Positions 10,201-20,097 of a stretch of 64,000 nt of DNA are shown piece after piece (position 1 is the stretch's first letter; each line of letters begins with the position of its first letter). The stretch comes from Candidatus Onthoplasma sp. (GTDB lineage Bacteria; Bacillota; Clostridia; Christensenellales; UBA1242): the NCBI GenBank assembly GCA_051883515.1, contig JBJETW010000009.1, positions 421-64,420 of the forward strand, read 5' to 3'. The notes under the pieces are model-generated. The model did not search any database. It saw only the letters and a list, made by a program, of their open reading frames with translations, and had not been told where the DNA came from. The position numbers and the translations under genes are program-made.

Positions 10201-13200
10201 TGACGAGAATGAAGCATACATCAACTTAAAAATTGGACAAGAAATTTCATTTAGCGTGGAAAATAGCGCTGGAACGAATATTGTTTCAAATCCAAACTAT
10301 ATTGCAAAAGTTGTTTCTGAAAATGGAGAAATTTTAAACGGCAATTTTGATTTAACTGATGGGAAAATAAAACTTAATGAAATTCCAAGCGTAAACTCAT
10401 ATTTGTTAGTGTTTGCAAAAGATGCACTTAGAGAAAAAATTGACGCAACGACCTATGGTTTTGATTATCCAGAAAACTTTTTGATGAACGGCTATAAAAA
10501 CGCATATGCAAATATTAAAATTGTTTGTTCAAGTGGAACAGAAGAAAATCCTTTCTTAATCAAAAATGCGGACGATTTTTGGGAAATTGCAGAGAATGAA
10601 AACCTTCAAAAAGAAGGAGTGTATTTCAAACTAACAAAAGATGTAGACCTTTCAAGGACAACGAAAGGAATCAATACAATTTCAAATTTTGCTGGCACAA
10701 TTTATGCAGAGTCTTCTCAATTAAGGTTGACAGGAATTCAATTGACAAACAACATGCCAAACTTGTTTGGAAAATTGTCTGGAACAATTAAAAACGTCAC
10801 TTTTGAAGTGAATTATAGCGTTAAAGATAAAAATAATGTTGGACTGATTGCGGAAAACTATGGGAATCTAGAAGATGTCAGCGTGGTGGTTTCAGGTTCG
10901 GTTGAAAATGCGGTGGTGTTCGGTGGTTTGGTGGCAAAAAACTATGGTGAGATTAAATATACAACGAACACTTTAATCGGAGTTAGTGGAACGATAACAT
11001 TCAGTGGGACAAATGAAATCATTGCCGGTGGCTTGGTTGGAATAAACGGAACAACAACGGTGGCCGATTCAGAAACGGAATTAGAAACAACATATAATGG
11101 AACAATTTTCGGTCAACCAATTCCACAAACAACATTGGGCGCAACAAGTGGAGATGTCACATTCGCAGTGACAATCCAAGACCAAGGTTATACTTCAACC
11201 ATTTCAATAATATGTACAAACACTAATTCTACTATCGGTGGCATAGTTGGACAAAATAATGTTAAATTAATCAAAGATGATGAAAACAATGATATTTATG
11301 CGGTTCATGATTTAATTTCGCACGCAACGATAAGTGGCGGAAACAATGTCGGCGGAGTGATTGGCAAAAATACAGGCAGTGTGTCAAATCTTGTTTCAAG
11401 TGCAGAGATAAAAGCGAATGATAATGTCGGTGGAATTGTTGGTGTTAACAGCGGAAAAATTTACAATGCTAGATATCAAATTCTTGAAGCAGAACAAATC
11501 CAAGGAAACACAAACGTTGGTGGAATTGTAGGGCTTTCAACTGAGGGAGAAATATCTTTCTGCTCAGTTATGAGTTATCGCTTTAAATATGATACAGATA
11601 GCACAGATTTTAATTCTCAATTCACAACTCCTGACATTGTCGGTAAAGATCCTGACATTGTCGGTAAAGATTATGTTGCGGGAATTGTGGGTAAAATTGA
11701 GATTAATAATCAAGAAACTCAACAAACAGAACAGGTTTCTGTTGATTGTATAGTTTCATATTGCAGTGTCAATGCGTATATATCCGCAACAAGCAATATT
11801 TCAGCAATTGCAAACACAACTGAAGCCATCGTCAATAATGTTTATTTCATAGGTAAATTGTCAGATGAGAATGCATATTACACATTAAGTGAAACATATA
11901 GTGGAACAGGATATTTTATTACACCAACGAAACCTGCAAGTGGTTCAATAACTGGTAATAATTGGGGTCAAGATGATGACATAAATGGTGGAAACAGTTT
12001 CATAACATTAGATACTGGGAAAACAAAACCGATTTTTGATGTTCAGCCAACGAGTTTGACTGCCACAGTGAAAGAAGATTCAACTCATAAATTAAGTACG
12101 ACTACACTATGGTTTGATTATTATGATTTCCATAATGCATCAACACCTTCAGATGTTGTTTCAAAATTAAATGAAAATAATAATGAATTTGAAATTCTTG
12201 ATTTGTTATCATTTACTTACGAACCAAGTGGAATTTCAAGTTTGAACGTTAGAGTTTCGTCAAACAATGAAAGTGTTGTGTCTGTTTCAAATGACGGAAA
12301 ATTGCACATAAATGGCGTGGGGCACGCAACTTTAACATTCTCTGCCGTTTTGGACGAAAGTGTAAAGTGTTCAGTCGATGTTTATGTTAAACTTCCAGTT
12401 GGAACAATATCTGTTGCGAATTCAATTCAAATTGCAAAAGATATGTCAAAACAACTCGTCGTTGAGTCTTCTGGGAAAATGCAATCTGATGATGGAAAAT
12501 ATTATTCATATGCAACCACTCAAGATTTCGGTTTGACATTAACCATTCCTGCCAAAGCGGGTGATTTTATAAAAATCAATGGAAAATCTATCAGTGAAGG
12601 AACAATCACAATAAACGAAGGTGAAAAAGTCGTTATAACAGCAATCAAATCTGGTTTTGATGGGAAAATTACGCTCACTCCTTTCCAAACTTTGAATGGT
12701 GTATCATTGTCAAGCAGTGAAAATAAAAGAGAAGTTCAAGTAAAAACTTCAGTGGGCGCAACAAAAATTGAATTCAACTCGAACGGCGGAATTGTTTATC
12801 CAACAACTTCAATTCCTATTTCAGCAACAATTTACACAGACACTCAATTGATTAAAACAGACGATGCTGACGAATCAAAAAATTATAATCATATCAATGT
12901 CAATGTTTCATTGATTGGTGAAGATGTGGAATCTCAAGAATTAACAAAAAACACAGATTATCAATTGATAATGTTGAGTCATTCATATTCAAACGAAAAA
13001 CAATATGTATCATTTGAATTTAAATTTTTGGACGATACAATTGCAAATCTTAAAAAAGCAGACAGCAAAATCACGTTAAAGTTTGAAATTATTGTTGATT
13101 CAAACAATGATGGCAAGGCAGACATAAATTTAGAAGGAAATTATGTTGAATATACTCTTCTTCCAGCTCAAATTCAAAAACTTGAAATGAAAAACTACAT

Positions 13201-16200
13201 TAAAGTTGGTGAAAATTGGGAAAATAAAAATGTTTTGGAACAAGCAACAGCAACAAACGCAAACACTGGAAGAATTGTTTTGGACATTGTGCCAAACATT
13301 GGATACTATGACTACATTGAAATTGAAGATATAACAGGTGGAGACACAATTTATTTCGAACAATATAAGGCGTTTGATGGACACACGGTTGAAAACAAAA
13401 TTGAACTTGAGAACGGAAATGGAATTCGACTAAAAAAACTCGAAAGTTCAATTTCAAGAATTTATGTTGCAACAGCAATAGACCGAGACAGCGACAGCAG
13501 GTCACACATTGTTCAAGCAAGGGCATATGTTTTGGTAAACGGTGTTGCTCAAGAAATCACGTCAGCACGAAGCGAAATTGAGATATTGACGAAAATGCTT
13601 CCAAATGTGACGGTTGCTCTTCTAAAACCAGACAACACAAATGCCGTGGTGGTCAGTGCAAATAATTCGACAACCGAAAGTTCAGCATATGTCGCAAAAG
13701 ATTCTGTATTAACATTTAAGGTGTCAACTGAATTCACCACAGAACTCACTCAATCTGCGACGGCTGGAAAATTTAGTGACATTGTAAACGGTTATCAAAC
13801 TCTTGATTTGTCAGGAATTGATTCTGGAACAAAAATTACGGCAGAATGGACTGCAAAAAATCAAGTTGCAGGTTTGGAAGTTGAACAATCAGTAAGGTTA
13901 GATTTGACGGTTATTGATTTCATGGTTTATGGAATCACAATGTCTCCAACAGTGGACGGCAAGTCAATTTATGGAAATATTGGCAAAGATACTGAGATTA
14001 AAGCAATCTTTGGTGACAACGATGTTGTTGATAAGACAAGCAATAATGATTCAGACACTTTATTAACAAGCATTAATAGTGAATTACTCAATTATATCAC
14101 TTTTGTAGATGGCAATGGCAATGATGTTGGTATCAAAACTCCTAAAACAATAGATGACAAAGAAATCGTCATCAAAATTCAAGCCAACGATAATAAGATC
14201 ATTTTAAGTTTTGATGATGACGGAAAGGCAACAATCAAAGTTGAAAACGGATATGACAAAAACATAAAACTTAAAGTTGCATTTAATTTAAAACTCAACG
14301 GCAACAAATTAGAATTGACAACAGATGAAACAGATATAACAGTCGAAAAAACATTCAATCTTGACTTTAACCTTGTCACATCTGCTGTTGAACCAACAGT
14401 TATCACAAGCGAAGAAGATTTCTTACAAATGGAATCAAATGATTATGGCTATTACATTTTGGGAACTGATTTAACATTTAACAATTATGTTCCAATTGAT
14501 GTGAAAGTTGCAGAATTTGATGGAAACGGACGAAAAATCACAATAAATAGTTTTGATACAACAAAATTTGAAGAAGAGAATATCGTTGCAGGACTATTCA
14601 AACAAGTGTACGAAGGGATGATTGTTAAAAACTTGGAAATTGTTTATATCCTTGGTGGCGGTGCTAATTATATTGACTTAACAAGTGGCGCGCTTGCAAA
14701 TTATTCATCTTTGACATTTGCAGGATTGACGCCAACAAATAGTGGAATTATCACAAATTGTTATGTAAGCGGAAATGTAAGTTTAACAGCAAGTGCAATT
14801 TACAAAAATTTAACATCAAGAGACATAGATTTTGTTGTGGCAGGATTGGTTGGCACAAACGAAACAACAGGATATATCACAAATTGTGAATCTGAATTGG
14901 ATATCTATGCACAAGCGAACATCGCTGGATTTGTATATTCAAATTTGGGAACAATTGCAAGTTGTGATGTATATGACGTGAGAATTGACGCGTATAACTA
15001 CAGCGGTTATGATGTGGAAGTTAAGGTGGCAGGTTTTGTTGTCAACAATAGTGGTTCAATACGCATGTCTTATATGGAAAGCGGGAAAACAGACAAATCA
15101 ACAACAAATTCAGTCAATGAGTCAGCAGGATTTGTTTTCTCAAATACAGGGACAATTGAAAATTGCTATTCTTATATTGACAAAGTGGGAAATAACAACA
15201 GCAAGTATTCAGGTTTTGTGTTTGAAAATTCTGGAACAATTACGACATCTTATTCATATGTAAACAATTCTCAACTGAAGACAGTCGACGCAAGATTTGC
15301 GTTCGCAACAACAGGACTTAGGCATTGCTTGTCTTTTGTGTCAAACAAACTTGACGCAACAAGCACATATCCTGATAAACTCACATACGAGTTAGACATC
15401 TATCGTGGGGATAAGGCAGTATACGAAAAACTAGGATTTACTTTTGGAGACAATGAAACAGCAGTGTGGATAAAAACAAGTGGAAACACATATCCACAAC
15501 TTGTGTCAACAATGACAAAAGTGAGATACTTTGAAAACAAAGTACCTGATGGCGGACTCATTTCAGACAATAAGTATAAAAACTATTATGGACTGAATGA
15601 CATTTATGCAGTGGAACTTGACAAGCCAGACCCAATCACAGGATACACATATAAATATGTTGTGAACTATTCAACTCTTGGAACAAAAGAAAATCCTTTC
15701 TTGTTGCATAATTATATGCGAACATCACTAGACGGCGAGGACATCACAAGCGTGTCGACATGGGAAGAATATTTCTCAAATGATAAATTGCAATACACGG
15801 CAGGATATTATCGAGTGATTTCAGACATTGATAATATTGGTACAAATCCTTCGTCAAGCAAGTTGGAGTTCAGAGGAAATATTCAAGGAAATGGAATGAC
15901 AATTGAAGACTTCTTGCTAACTTCAAAGGCAGAACAAAATTCGATGGGATTATTCGCAAAACTCAGTGGAATTAATGCAAGTAGTGTGGAAAACACAATC
16001 AGCAATTTAATTCTAAAACCTGCGGCAATCAATGCAACACAAACGCAAGCGGTTGGTGCTTTGGCAGGAATTAGTGAGAATTTCAATTTATATAACATCA
16101 AAGTTGAAATGACAACGACTTTAACAGGAAGAAATGCTGTTGGTGGATTGGTTGGATTGGTTATTGGAGACTTCAACATTGACAACATTAGCAGTAATGT

Positions 16201-17410
16201 TAGTGTAAACAATTCATTTATCGTAAGTTTGTATCAGTATGATATTTACAATTCAAAGGCAGTAAGGAAGACTGTAAACGACAATTTGGATAGTGTCTAC
16301 TACGCGGGTTCAGTGTTTGGAATTGTGGACGGATATGATAGTGTTGAATTTGGTTTAGCTGAAAGAAACATTAATTCAGGATACTTCAAAATTAACAATG
16401 TTAAAGTGGAAGGAGCAATCACAGTTTACGCAACAACAAGCGGTGGAGCGTTTGGATTTGTTGGCGAACGTGTTCATGCAACAAATGTGAATGTCAACTT
16501 GCAAGGAGCAAATATTGCGGGAATTCAATATTCTGGTGCAGTTGTCGGAGAAAATCGAGGAGTTATTGATGGCGTTAGTGCCAAATTTGATAGCACATCA
16601 TTTGCCGATTCATACTATGTTTCAGCAGGAATTGTTGGATTTAACCTTGGAGGATTGATTAACAATGCAACAAGCGACGGCACAATTAAATTTAACTCTT
16701 CAAAGTCTGTTGTGGCAGGAATTGTCGGAAGAAATGTCGCAGGAGTTATAAACAATTCAACATTTAATGGTGACTTGTTGGGGTATGTTGTTGGTGGAAT
16801 TATCGCGCAAGATTATTCTATCGACACTCTAATAAATGCAAGTGCTGGTTCAGGTTGTTTGACAGAAAGTTCAAAAAATATTGTCACTATTTTAGGACAA
16901 GTGACTTATGTAGATTTTGAAAATTATTCAGGACTTTCAATTTCAGGTAGCACTCTAACAAATTTGATGACAAACAGAACAGAATTCTACACTTATTCAA
17001 GCGAAGAAAAGGAAGGCGAAGCACCAAAACTCAAAGTGAACGGCAAGAAATTGCTTGGACTTATGGTTGGACTTTGCGACGATTCAAGTTGTGCACGAAT
17101 CGACGGTAATTTCAGCATCGCAATTGAAGGTGCTATTGAAAAAGGAATTGTTAAATTTGAAAAAGTCGGAAGTAAATCTACATACTACTTCCATGGAAAA
17201 GGTGACGCGTCAACGACAACATCCGATTTAACAAGTGCAATGTTTAACACAGACGAAGTTGAAAATGGAGAGAGCTATGAACTATATGAGATTACTGGTT
17301 CAGGAATAGCGTTTGACCTTGCGTTCATTGTGGGAAATAATTCAAGTGTTAACTTCGGCGTTTGGGGCGGAAACTACACCTTTAATAATCTGTTATTATT
17401 AACTGAATAA
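7223..17410 (+). CDS. Giant (3395 aa) surface lipoprotein with Ig-like regions, a Big_2-like domain and three GLUG-motif beta-helix-like modules
   Basis: Uninterrupted 10.2-kb ORF. Signal peptide plus lipobox-like MIFSAC. Many NVGG(I/V)(I/V)G (GLUG-like) repeats at about 10541-11900, 14400-15300 and 15680-16830. Big_2-like SVVSVSNDGKLHINGVGHATLTFSA at about 12245-12390. Confidence 0.85.
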   Translation: MKKICSSILIVLSMLCCMIFSACKPNYSKLEMSFFCDGKQVSEIELIKETDDTKQISIRFSGIKEKDIGQVVVYATDNLASVTDYVYSGDILYVTVVANQASSKVGKLVATHIASNKSFSVDLKVQQKASDVRVLETDCFVAIPDSGENDTKLDLLKLYQPVHGTDAMYFGVVKNEGVTNVSTISDTTEIGASGFKVNSKVTDGATLKIYPIAYLENYDGIFSDDWKTKYANDESKYVTIHFVKNLSDENIVLSTDPAHEGTLNTYTDATKKAETFYLLANNTSTITEGTGADEYTYSLNGLNITAGAKLSNTDYGWEDNYNLEVEIVPNVASPSDKDAFEVIITGNSISIVAITKTQNPVEIKICYVPKYVGELETISTSIKVKGEEHPSNVQVTMEGKVLDVNANVHNEDIFSLYNGTRTNAIFKFEPYSANGLDVFSEFKTMQIVLDADVLNKSNLIYTKDGTELTDTDKSNIGTARSTLNFLNLKFYYNDETKKCISERFTSEKIFDNVSVFKQIYVSYSVDYDVVTQNAMSFEIQSVYNGTAKYLQNSILTRSVTMNLTGQIGIRSSEIHFYTYVDSKTEEQSNFNGTAYLDKNKESQTLLFRPEDLKNGTTIINSAKFNVEVKPKFTPTTGNLLKLSLWSITGTSSNDKDSLEFDYNATEYGESIKYIKLIYNGDTEVGEYEITLTQTGSNYTTSVTVFVYKNLDASDFTPNLAKNDLLFENKNDDEYIYSDYETDYIIPEGSQIECEFKINEELIKSGIVLSETPLSISVTHSNGESAISYASWSLSGQTFNVNFNKSLVNESDYITVQIKANYKKYSLTGQDSDSEQLEIYSKTFFVYNRITSADLKIAVQKGLSAGAEKVVAPSIDVYAYNQVGAYEKDNANLNFSLSVNNQSIDNWLYFQEFEDGGYIKWEIVGDDSLPTYTDTNKLTKNFELINGQVKTIVVYATVKQFGVEISTFMTVYVKKPVITNSVSVSFDEGVVNYDDENEAYINLKIGQEISFSVENSAGTNIVSNPNYIAKVVSENGEILNGNFDLTDGKIKLNEIPSVNSYLLVFAKDALREKIDATTYGFDYPENFLMNGYKNAYANIKIVCSSGTEENPFLIKNADDFWEIAENENLQKEGVYFKLTKDVDLSRTTKGINTISNFAGTIYAESSQLRLTGIQLTNNMPNLFGKLSGTIKNVTFEVNYSVKDKNNVGLIAENYGNLEDVSVVVSGSVENAVVFGGLVAKNYGEIKYTTNTLIGVSGTITFSGTNEIIAGGLVGINGTTTVADSETELETTYNGTIFGQPIPQTTLGATSGDVTFAVTIQDQGYTSTISIICTNTNSTIGGIVGQNNVKLIKDDENNDIYAVHDLISHATISGGNNVGGVIGKNTGSVSNLVSSAEIKANDNVGGIVGVNSGKIYNARYQILEAEQIQGNTNVGGIVGLSTEGEISFCSVMSYRFKYDTDSTDFNSQFTTPDIVGKDPDIVGKDYVAGIVGKIEINNQETQQTEQVSVDCIVSYCSVNAYISATSNISAIANTTEAIVNNVYFIGKLSDENAYYTLSETYSGTGYFITPTKPASGSITGNNWGQDDDINGGNSFITLDTGKTKPIFDVQPTSLTATVKEDSTHKLSTTTLWFDYYDFHNASTPSDVVSKLNENNNEFEILDLLSFTYEPSGISSLNVRVSSNNESVVSVSNDGKLHINGVGHATLTFSAVLDESVKCSVDVYVKLPVGTISVANSIQIAKDMSKQLVVESSGKMQSDDGKYYSYATTQDFGLTLTIPAKAGDFIKINGKSISEGTITINEGEKVVITAIKSGFDGKITLTPFQTLNGVSLSSSENKREVQVKTSVGATKIEFNSNGGIVYPTTSIPISATIYTDTQLIKTDDADESKNYNHINVNVSLIGEDVESQELTKNTDYQLIMLSHSYSNEKQYVSFEFKFLDDTIANLKKADSKITLKFEIIVDSNNDGKADINLEGNYVEYTLLPAQIQKLEMKNYIKVGENWENKNVLEQATATNANTGRIVLDIVPNIGYYDYIEIEDITGGDTIYFEQYKAFDGHTVENKIELENGNGIRLKKLESSISRIYVATAIDRDSDSRSHIVQARAYVLVNGVAQEITSARSEIEILTKMLPNVTVALLKPDNTNAVVVSANNSTTESSAYVAKDSVLTFKVSTEFTTELTQSATAGKFSDIVNGYQTLDLSGIDSGTKITAEWTAKNQVAGLEVEQSVRLDLTVIDFMVYGITMSPTVDGKSIYGNIGKDTEIKAIFGDNDVVDKTSNNDSDTLLTSINSELLNYITFVDGNGNDVGIKTPKTIDDKEIVIKIQANDNKIILSFDDDGKATIKVENGYDKNIKLKVAFNLKLNGNKLELTTDETDITVEKTFNLDFNLVTSAVEPTVITSEEDFLQMESNDYGYYILGTDLTFNNYVPIDVKVAEFDGNGRKITINSFDTTKFEEENIVAGLFKQVYEGMIVKNLEIVYILGGGANYIDLTSGALANYSSLTFAGLTPTNSGIITNCYVSGNVSLTASAIYKNLTSRDIDFVVAGLVGTNETTGYITNCESELDIYAQANIAGFVYSNLGTIASCDVYDVRIDAYNYSGYDVEVKVAGFVVNNSGSIRMSYMESGKTDKSTTNSVNESAGFVFSNTGTIENCYSYIDKVGNNNSKYSGFVFENSGTITTSYSYVNNSQLKTVDARFAFATTGLRHCLSFVSNKLDATSTYPDKLTYELDIYRGDKAVYEKLGFTFGDNETAVWIKTSGNTYPQLVSTMTKVRYFENKVPDGGLISDNKYKNYYGLNDIYAVELDKPDPITGYTYKYVVNYSTLGTKENPFLLHNYMRTSLDGEDITSVSTWEEYFSNDKLQYTAGYYRVISDIDNIGTNPSSSKLEFRGNIQGNGMTIEDFLLTSKAEQNSMGLFAKLSGINASSVENTISNLILKPAAINATQTQAVGALAGISENFNLYNIKVEMTTTLTGRNAVGGLVGLVIGDFNIDNISSNVSVNNSFIVSLYQYDIYNSKAVRKTVNDNLDSVYYAGSVFGIVDGYDSVEFGLAERNINSGYFKINNVKVEGAITVYATTSGGAFGFVGERVHATNVNVNLQGANIAGIQYSGAVVGENRGVIDGVSAKFDSTSFADSYYVSAGIVGFNLGGLINNATSDGTIKFNSSKSVVAGIVGRNVAGVINNSTFNGDLLGYVVGGIIAQDYSIDTLINASAGSGCLTESSKNIVTILGQVTYVDFENYSGLSISGSTLTNLMTNRTEFYTYSSEEKEGEAPKLKVNGKKLLGLMVGLCDDSSCARIDGNFSIAIEGAIEKGIVKFEKVGSKSTYYFHGKGDASTTTSDLTSAMFNTDEVENGESYELYEITGSGIAFDLAFIVGNNSSVNFGVWGGNYTFNNLLLLTE
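11630..11671 (+). repeat. Perfect 21-bp in-frame tandem duplication (PDIVGKD x2) inside the giant gene
   Basis: cctgacattgtcggtaaagat occurs at 11630-11650 and again at 11651-11671. Confidence 0.95.
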
Positions 17411-17414
17411 TCAC

Positions 17415-17442
17415 TTGACAATTGACGTGAATGTGATAAAAT
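17415..17442 (+). promoter_or_regulatory. Promoter placed for leaderless queH mRNA
   Basis: TTGACA (17415-17420), 16 nt, TGaTAAAAT extended -10 (hexamer 17437-17442), 7 nt, ATG 17450. No SD. Confidence 0.6.
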
Positions 17443-17449
17443 TTAGTCA

Positions 17450-18043
17450 ATGAAAATAGATTACAACAAGATTATGCATGAAGAAATAAGCAGTTTTGGC
17501 GAAAAACCAAGACTGCTTTTGCATTGTTGTTGTGCGCCATGTTCAAGTGCAGTTATTGAGCGTATAAAAGAATTTTTTGATATAACATATTTATATTATA
17601 ATCCAAATATTTATCCGCTTGAAGAGTATAATCACAGGCAGAAAGAGTTTGAAAAATTGGGCATAAAAGTTGTTGCCATTCCATACGACCACCAAAGATT
17701 TTTGTCGGTCACGAAAGGGCATGAAACAGACGCGGAAGGTGGGGCGAGATGTCAAATTTGCATTGCAGAAAGATTGAATTTTGCTTTTTCTTATGCGGTT
17801 GAAAATAATTTTGATGTGGTGACGACCACATTGTCAATAAGTCCGCACAAAGATGCCGAATTCATAAATCAACTTGGCGAACAACTTGAAAAAAAGTTTG
17901 GCATAAAATATTTGCATGCAGATTTCAAAAAAGAGAATGGGTATTTGCGTTCAATTCAAATTTGCAAGGAAAAGGGAATTTATCGACAAGAATATTGCGG
18001 TTGTGAATTCGCAATGAAACAAGAAAATAAAAAAGAAAGTTGA
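17450..18043 (+). CDS. queH: Epoxyqueuosine reductase QueH (DUF208)
   Basis: LLLHCCCAPCSS, YNPNIYP..EY, GGARCQIC, TTTLSISPHK and YRQEYCGC motifs. Confidence 0.9.
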   Translation: MKIDYNKIMHEEISSFGEKPRLLLHCCCAPCSSAVIERIKEFFDITYLYYNPNIYPLEEYNHRQKEFEKLGIKVVAIPYDHQRFLSVTKGHETDAEGGARCQICIAERLNFAFSYAVENNFDVVTTTLSISPHKDAEFINQLGEQLEKKFGIKYLHADFKKENGYLRSIQICKEKGIYRQEYCGCEFAMKQENKKES

Positions 18044-18081
18044 GTTTAAACAACTCACTTTTTTTATTCATATATATTGTT

Positions 18082-19098
18082 ATGTTTAACAAGTTTATAA
18101 TTTCCAAAAAAAATTTAATAGATAATTTAAATTTGATAAAATCTCACACAAACAACAAAAAAATTTGTGCAATGGTCAAAGCAAATGCCTATGGAGTTGG
18201 TGATATTGAAGTTGTCAAAATATTAAATGGTCATGTGGATTTTTTTGGTGTTTCAAACTTATATGAAGCAAAAAGAATTTCAAAATACACAACTTCAAAA
18301 ATTCTGATTGTTGGAGCACTTGAAAAACGGGAAATAGACACAAGGTTTTCATACACTTGTTCGAATCTTGACGACGTTATTTTTTTAAAAAATAAAAAAA
18401 AGAAAATAAATATCCACTTAAAAGTCAACTCTGGAATGAACAGATTTGGGTTTTCAGAAGAATTTGAATTTATAAAAGCGCTTGAAGAAATAAAAGACAG
18501 CGAATTAAATTTGGAAGGTATTTTTACTCACTTTGCAACAAATGATAGTTTTGTTGACTCACAAAACAAAAAATTTATTCAATTTGTAAATTTAGTTAAA
18601 AAATATAATTTTTCACCAATTATTCATGCGGATAATAGCGTGACAAGTGAAAGGAAACTCCATGACTACGACATGGTTAGAATTGGGTTTAATTTATATA
18701 ATAATTCGAAAAAAGGTTTTAAACAAGTTGTGGAAATAAAAAGTCAGATTGTGGAAATTCAGCATGTGAAAAAGGGCGATTTGGTTGGTTATGCAAAACG
18801 ATTTATTGCAAATAAAGACATGGAAATCGGGATTGTCCCAATTGGATATGCTGACGGATTTGACATGAGAAACATAAATTTCAACTTAATTTTAAATGGA
18901 AAAGTTTGCAAAGTCTTAAACATTTGTATGGATTGTTTCATGATTGATATAACAAACAAAGGAATAAAAAAAGGAAGTGAATTGTCCATTTGCAACAAAT
19001 TCAATTCCTTAAAACGCTATGCTGATTATTCTCACACGCACGAGTATGAAGTTATGACAAAATTTTCACAACTGAGAGCAAAACGAATTGTATACTAA
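18082..19098 (+). CDS. alr: Alanine racemase
   Basis: PLP-lysine motif AMVKANAYGVG. THFA and PIGYADG motifs. The start is taken at MFNKFIISKK. The listed TTG at 18040 would add a non-conserved hydrophobic extension. Confidence 0.85.
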   Translation: MFNKFIISKKNLIDNLNLIKSHTNNKKICAMVKANAYGVGDIEVVKILNGHVDFFGVSNLYEAKRISKYTTSKILIVGALEKREIDTRFSYTCSNLDDVIFLKNKKKKINIHLKVNSGMNRFGFSEEFEFIKALEEIKDSELNLEGIFTHFATNDSFVDSQNKKFIQFVNLVKKYNFSPIIHADNSVTSERKLHDYDMVRIGFNLYNNSKKGFKQVVEIKSQIVEIQHVKKGDLVGYAKRFIANKDMEIGIVPIGYADGFDMRNINFNLILNGKVCKVLNICMDCFMIDITNKGIKKGSELSICNKFNSLKRYADYSHTHEYEVMTKFSQLRAKRIVY

Positions 19099-19817
19099 TC
19101 TTTTCCTTTGATGGCAAAGATAAATAAAACGAGTCTCAATAATGACAAAACTGAAGTTATAAGGGCGGCCACATAAGTCCATGCAGCAGCATTTAGAACC
19201 TCTTTCATTTTGTTCGCTTCTTCCAAATCCATTTCACCCGTTGAGGTGAGCATTTTGTATGCTCGCTTGCTTGCGTTTAATTCAATTGGAAGAGTTATCA
19301 AACAAAACACAGTATCAAGGGCGTAGAAACCAAGTGCAATATATATAAGGATATCTGCGCCGGTCACTGAAAATGCAATTTCAAGAATTAAGCCAATGAT
19401 AATCAATGGCCAAACAAACCAACCTAAGACATTCATAACAGGCACAAGGAAATTTCTAAGTTTAATTGGACCATATCCTTGTTTATGCTGGAAAACATGT
19501 CCAATTTCGTGAGCAGTCACGCCGACAGCAGAAATTGTTGCTTGGTCGTACACGCTTTGAGAAAGTGAAATTGTGTCTGTTTTTGGATTATAATTATCAG
19601 TCAACTCGCCAGCGATTGGTTGAATTTTTGTGTTCATGCAACCACCAGCGTCAAGCATATATCTTGCAACTTTTTGTGCGGGCATGCCATGTTTGGTTTG
19701 CTCATTTTTATATTTATCAAAAGTTGTTTTAACTCTCGTTTGTGCCCAAATTCCTAAAATTATTCCAGGAATCATAACAAAGCCGAGAATATAATAAAGG
19801 TAATATAAAGAAAACAT
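19095..19817 (-). CDS. Membrane zinc metallopeptidase (YugP-like, Zn_peptidase_2 family)
   Basis: LTDNYNPKTDTISLSQSVY ... AHEIGHVFQH motif with flanking TM segments. AAGGAGAA SD. Confidence 0.8.
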   Translation of the reverse strand: MFSLYYLYYILGFVMIPGIILGIWAQTRVKTTFDKYKNEQTKHGMPAQKVARYMLDAGGCMNTKIQPIAGELTDNYNPKTDTISLSQSVYDQATISAVGVTAHEIGHVFQHKQGYGPIKLRNFLVPVMNVLGWFVWPLIIIGLILEIAFSVTGADILIYIALGFYALDTVFCLITLPIELNASKRAYKMLTSTGEMDLEEANKMKEVLNAAAWTYVAALITSVLSLLRLVLFIFAIKGKD

Positions 19818-20097
19818 ATTTTCTCCTTATTTCAAATTTTATTATATTATAAATATTTTGTCAATTAAATATGATAGCGATAAATAATTTAATAATATTT
19901 TCAATTATTTATAAAATAATTTTTAAAAATAAAATTTAATTCAATAAAAAATAACAAAAATTAAAAAAATATTAAAAACATTATAAAAAATTTTTAAAAA
20001 TAAATTTAAAAAATATGAAAAAATATTAGTAATTAATTATTCTTTGTGTTATAATAACATTGTAAATTAATGTCGAAAATAATTCAAAGGGGAAATT

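Noticed and set aside
7503-16212. Antisense and out-of-frame ORFs inside the giant gene (7503..7784, 13200..13526, 14985..15263, 15883..16212 and others)
   Set aside because: They are short, low-complexity and lack start signals. They are fully embedded in a strongly supported 10.2-kb coding frame.
19818-20097. AT-rich 280-bp spacer as a replication origin
   Set aside because: I found no DnaA-box-like TTATCCACA/TGTGGATAA words, and there is no dnaA or dnaN nearby. Similar extreme AT-richness is seen in most intergenic regions here (48421-48610, 56616-56765).
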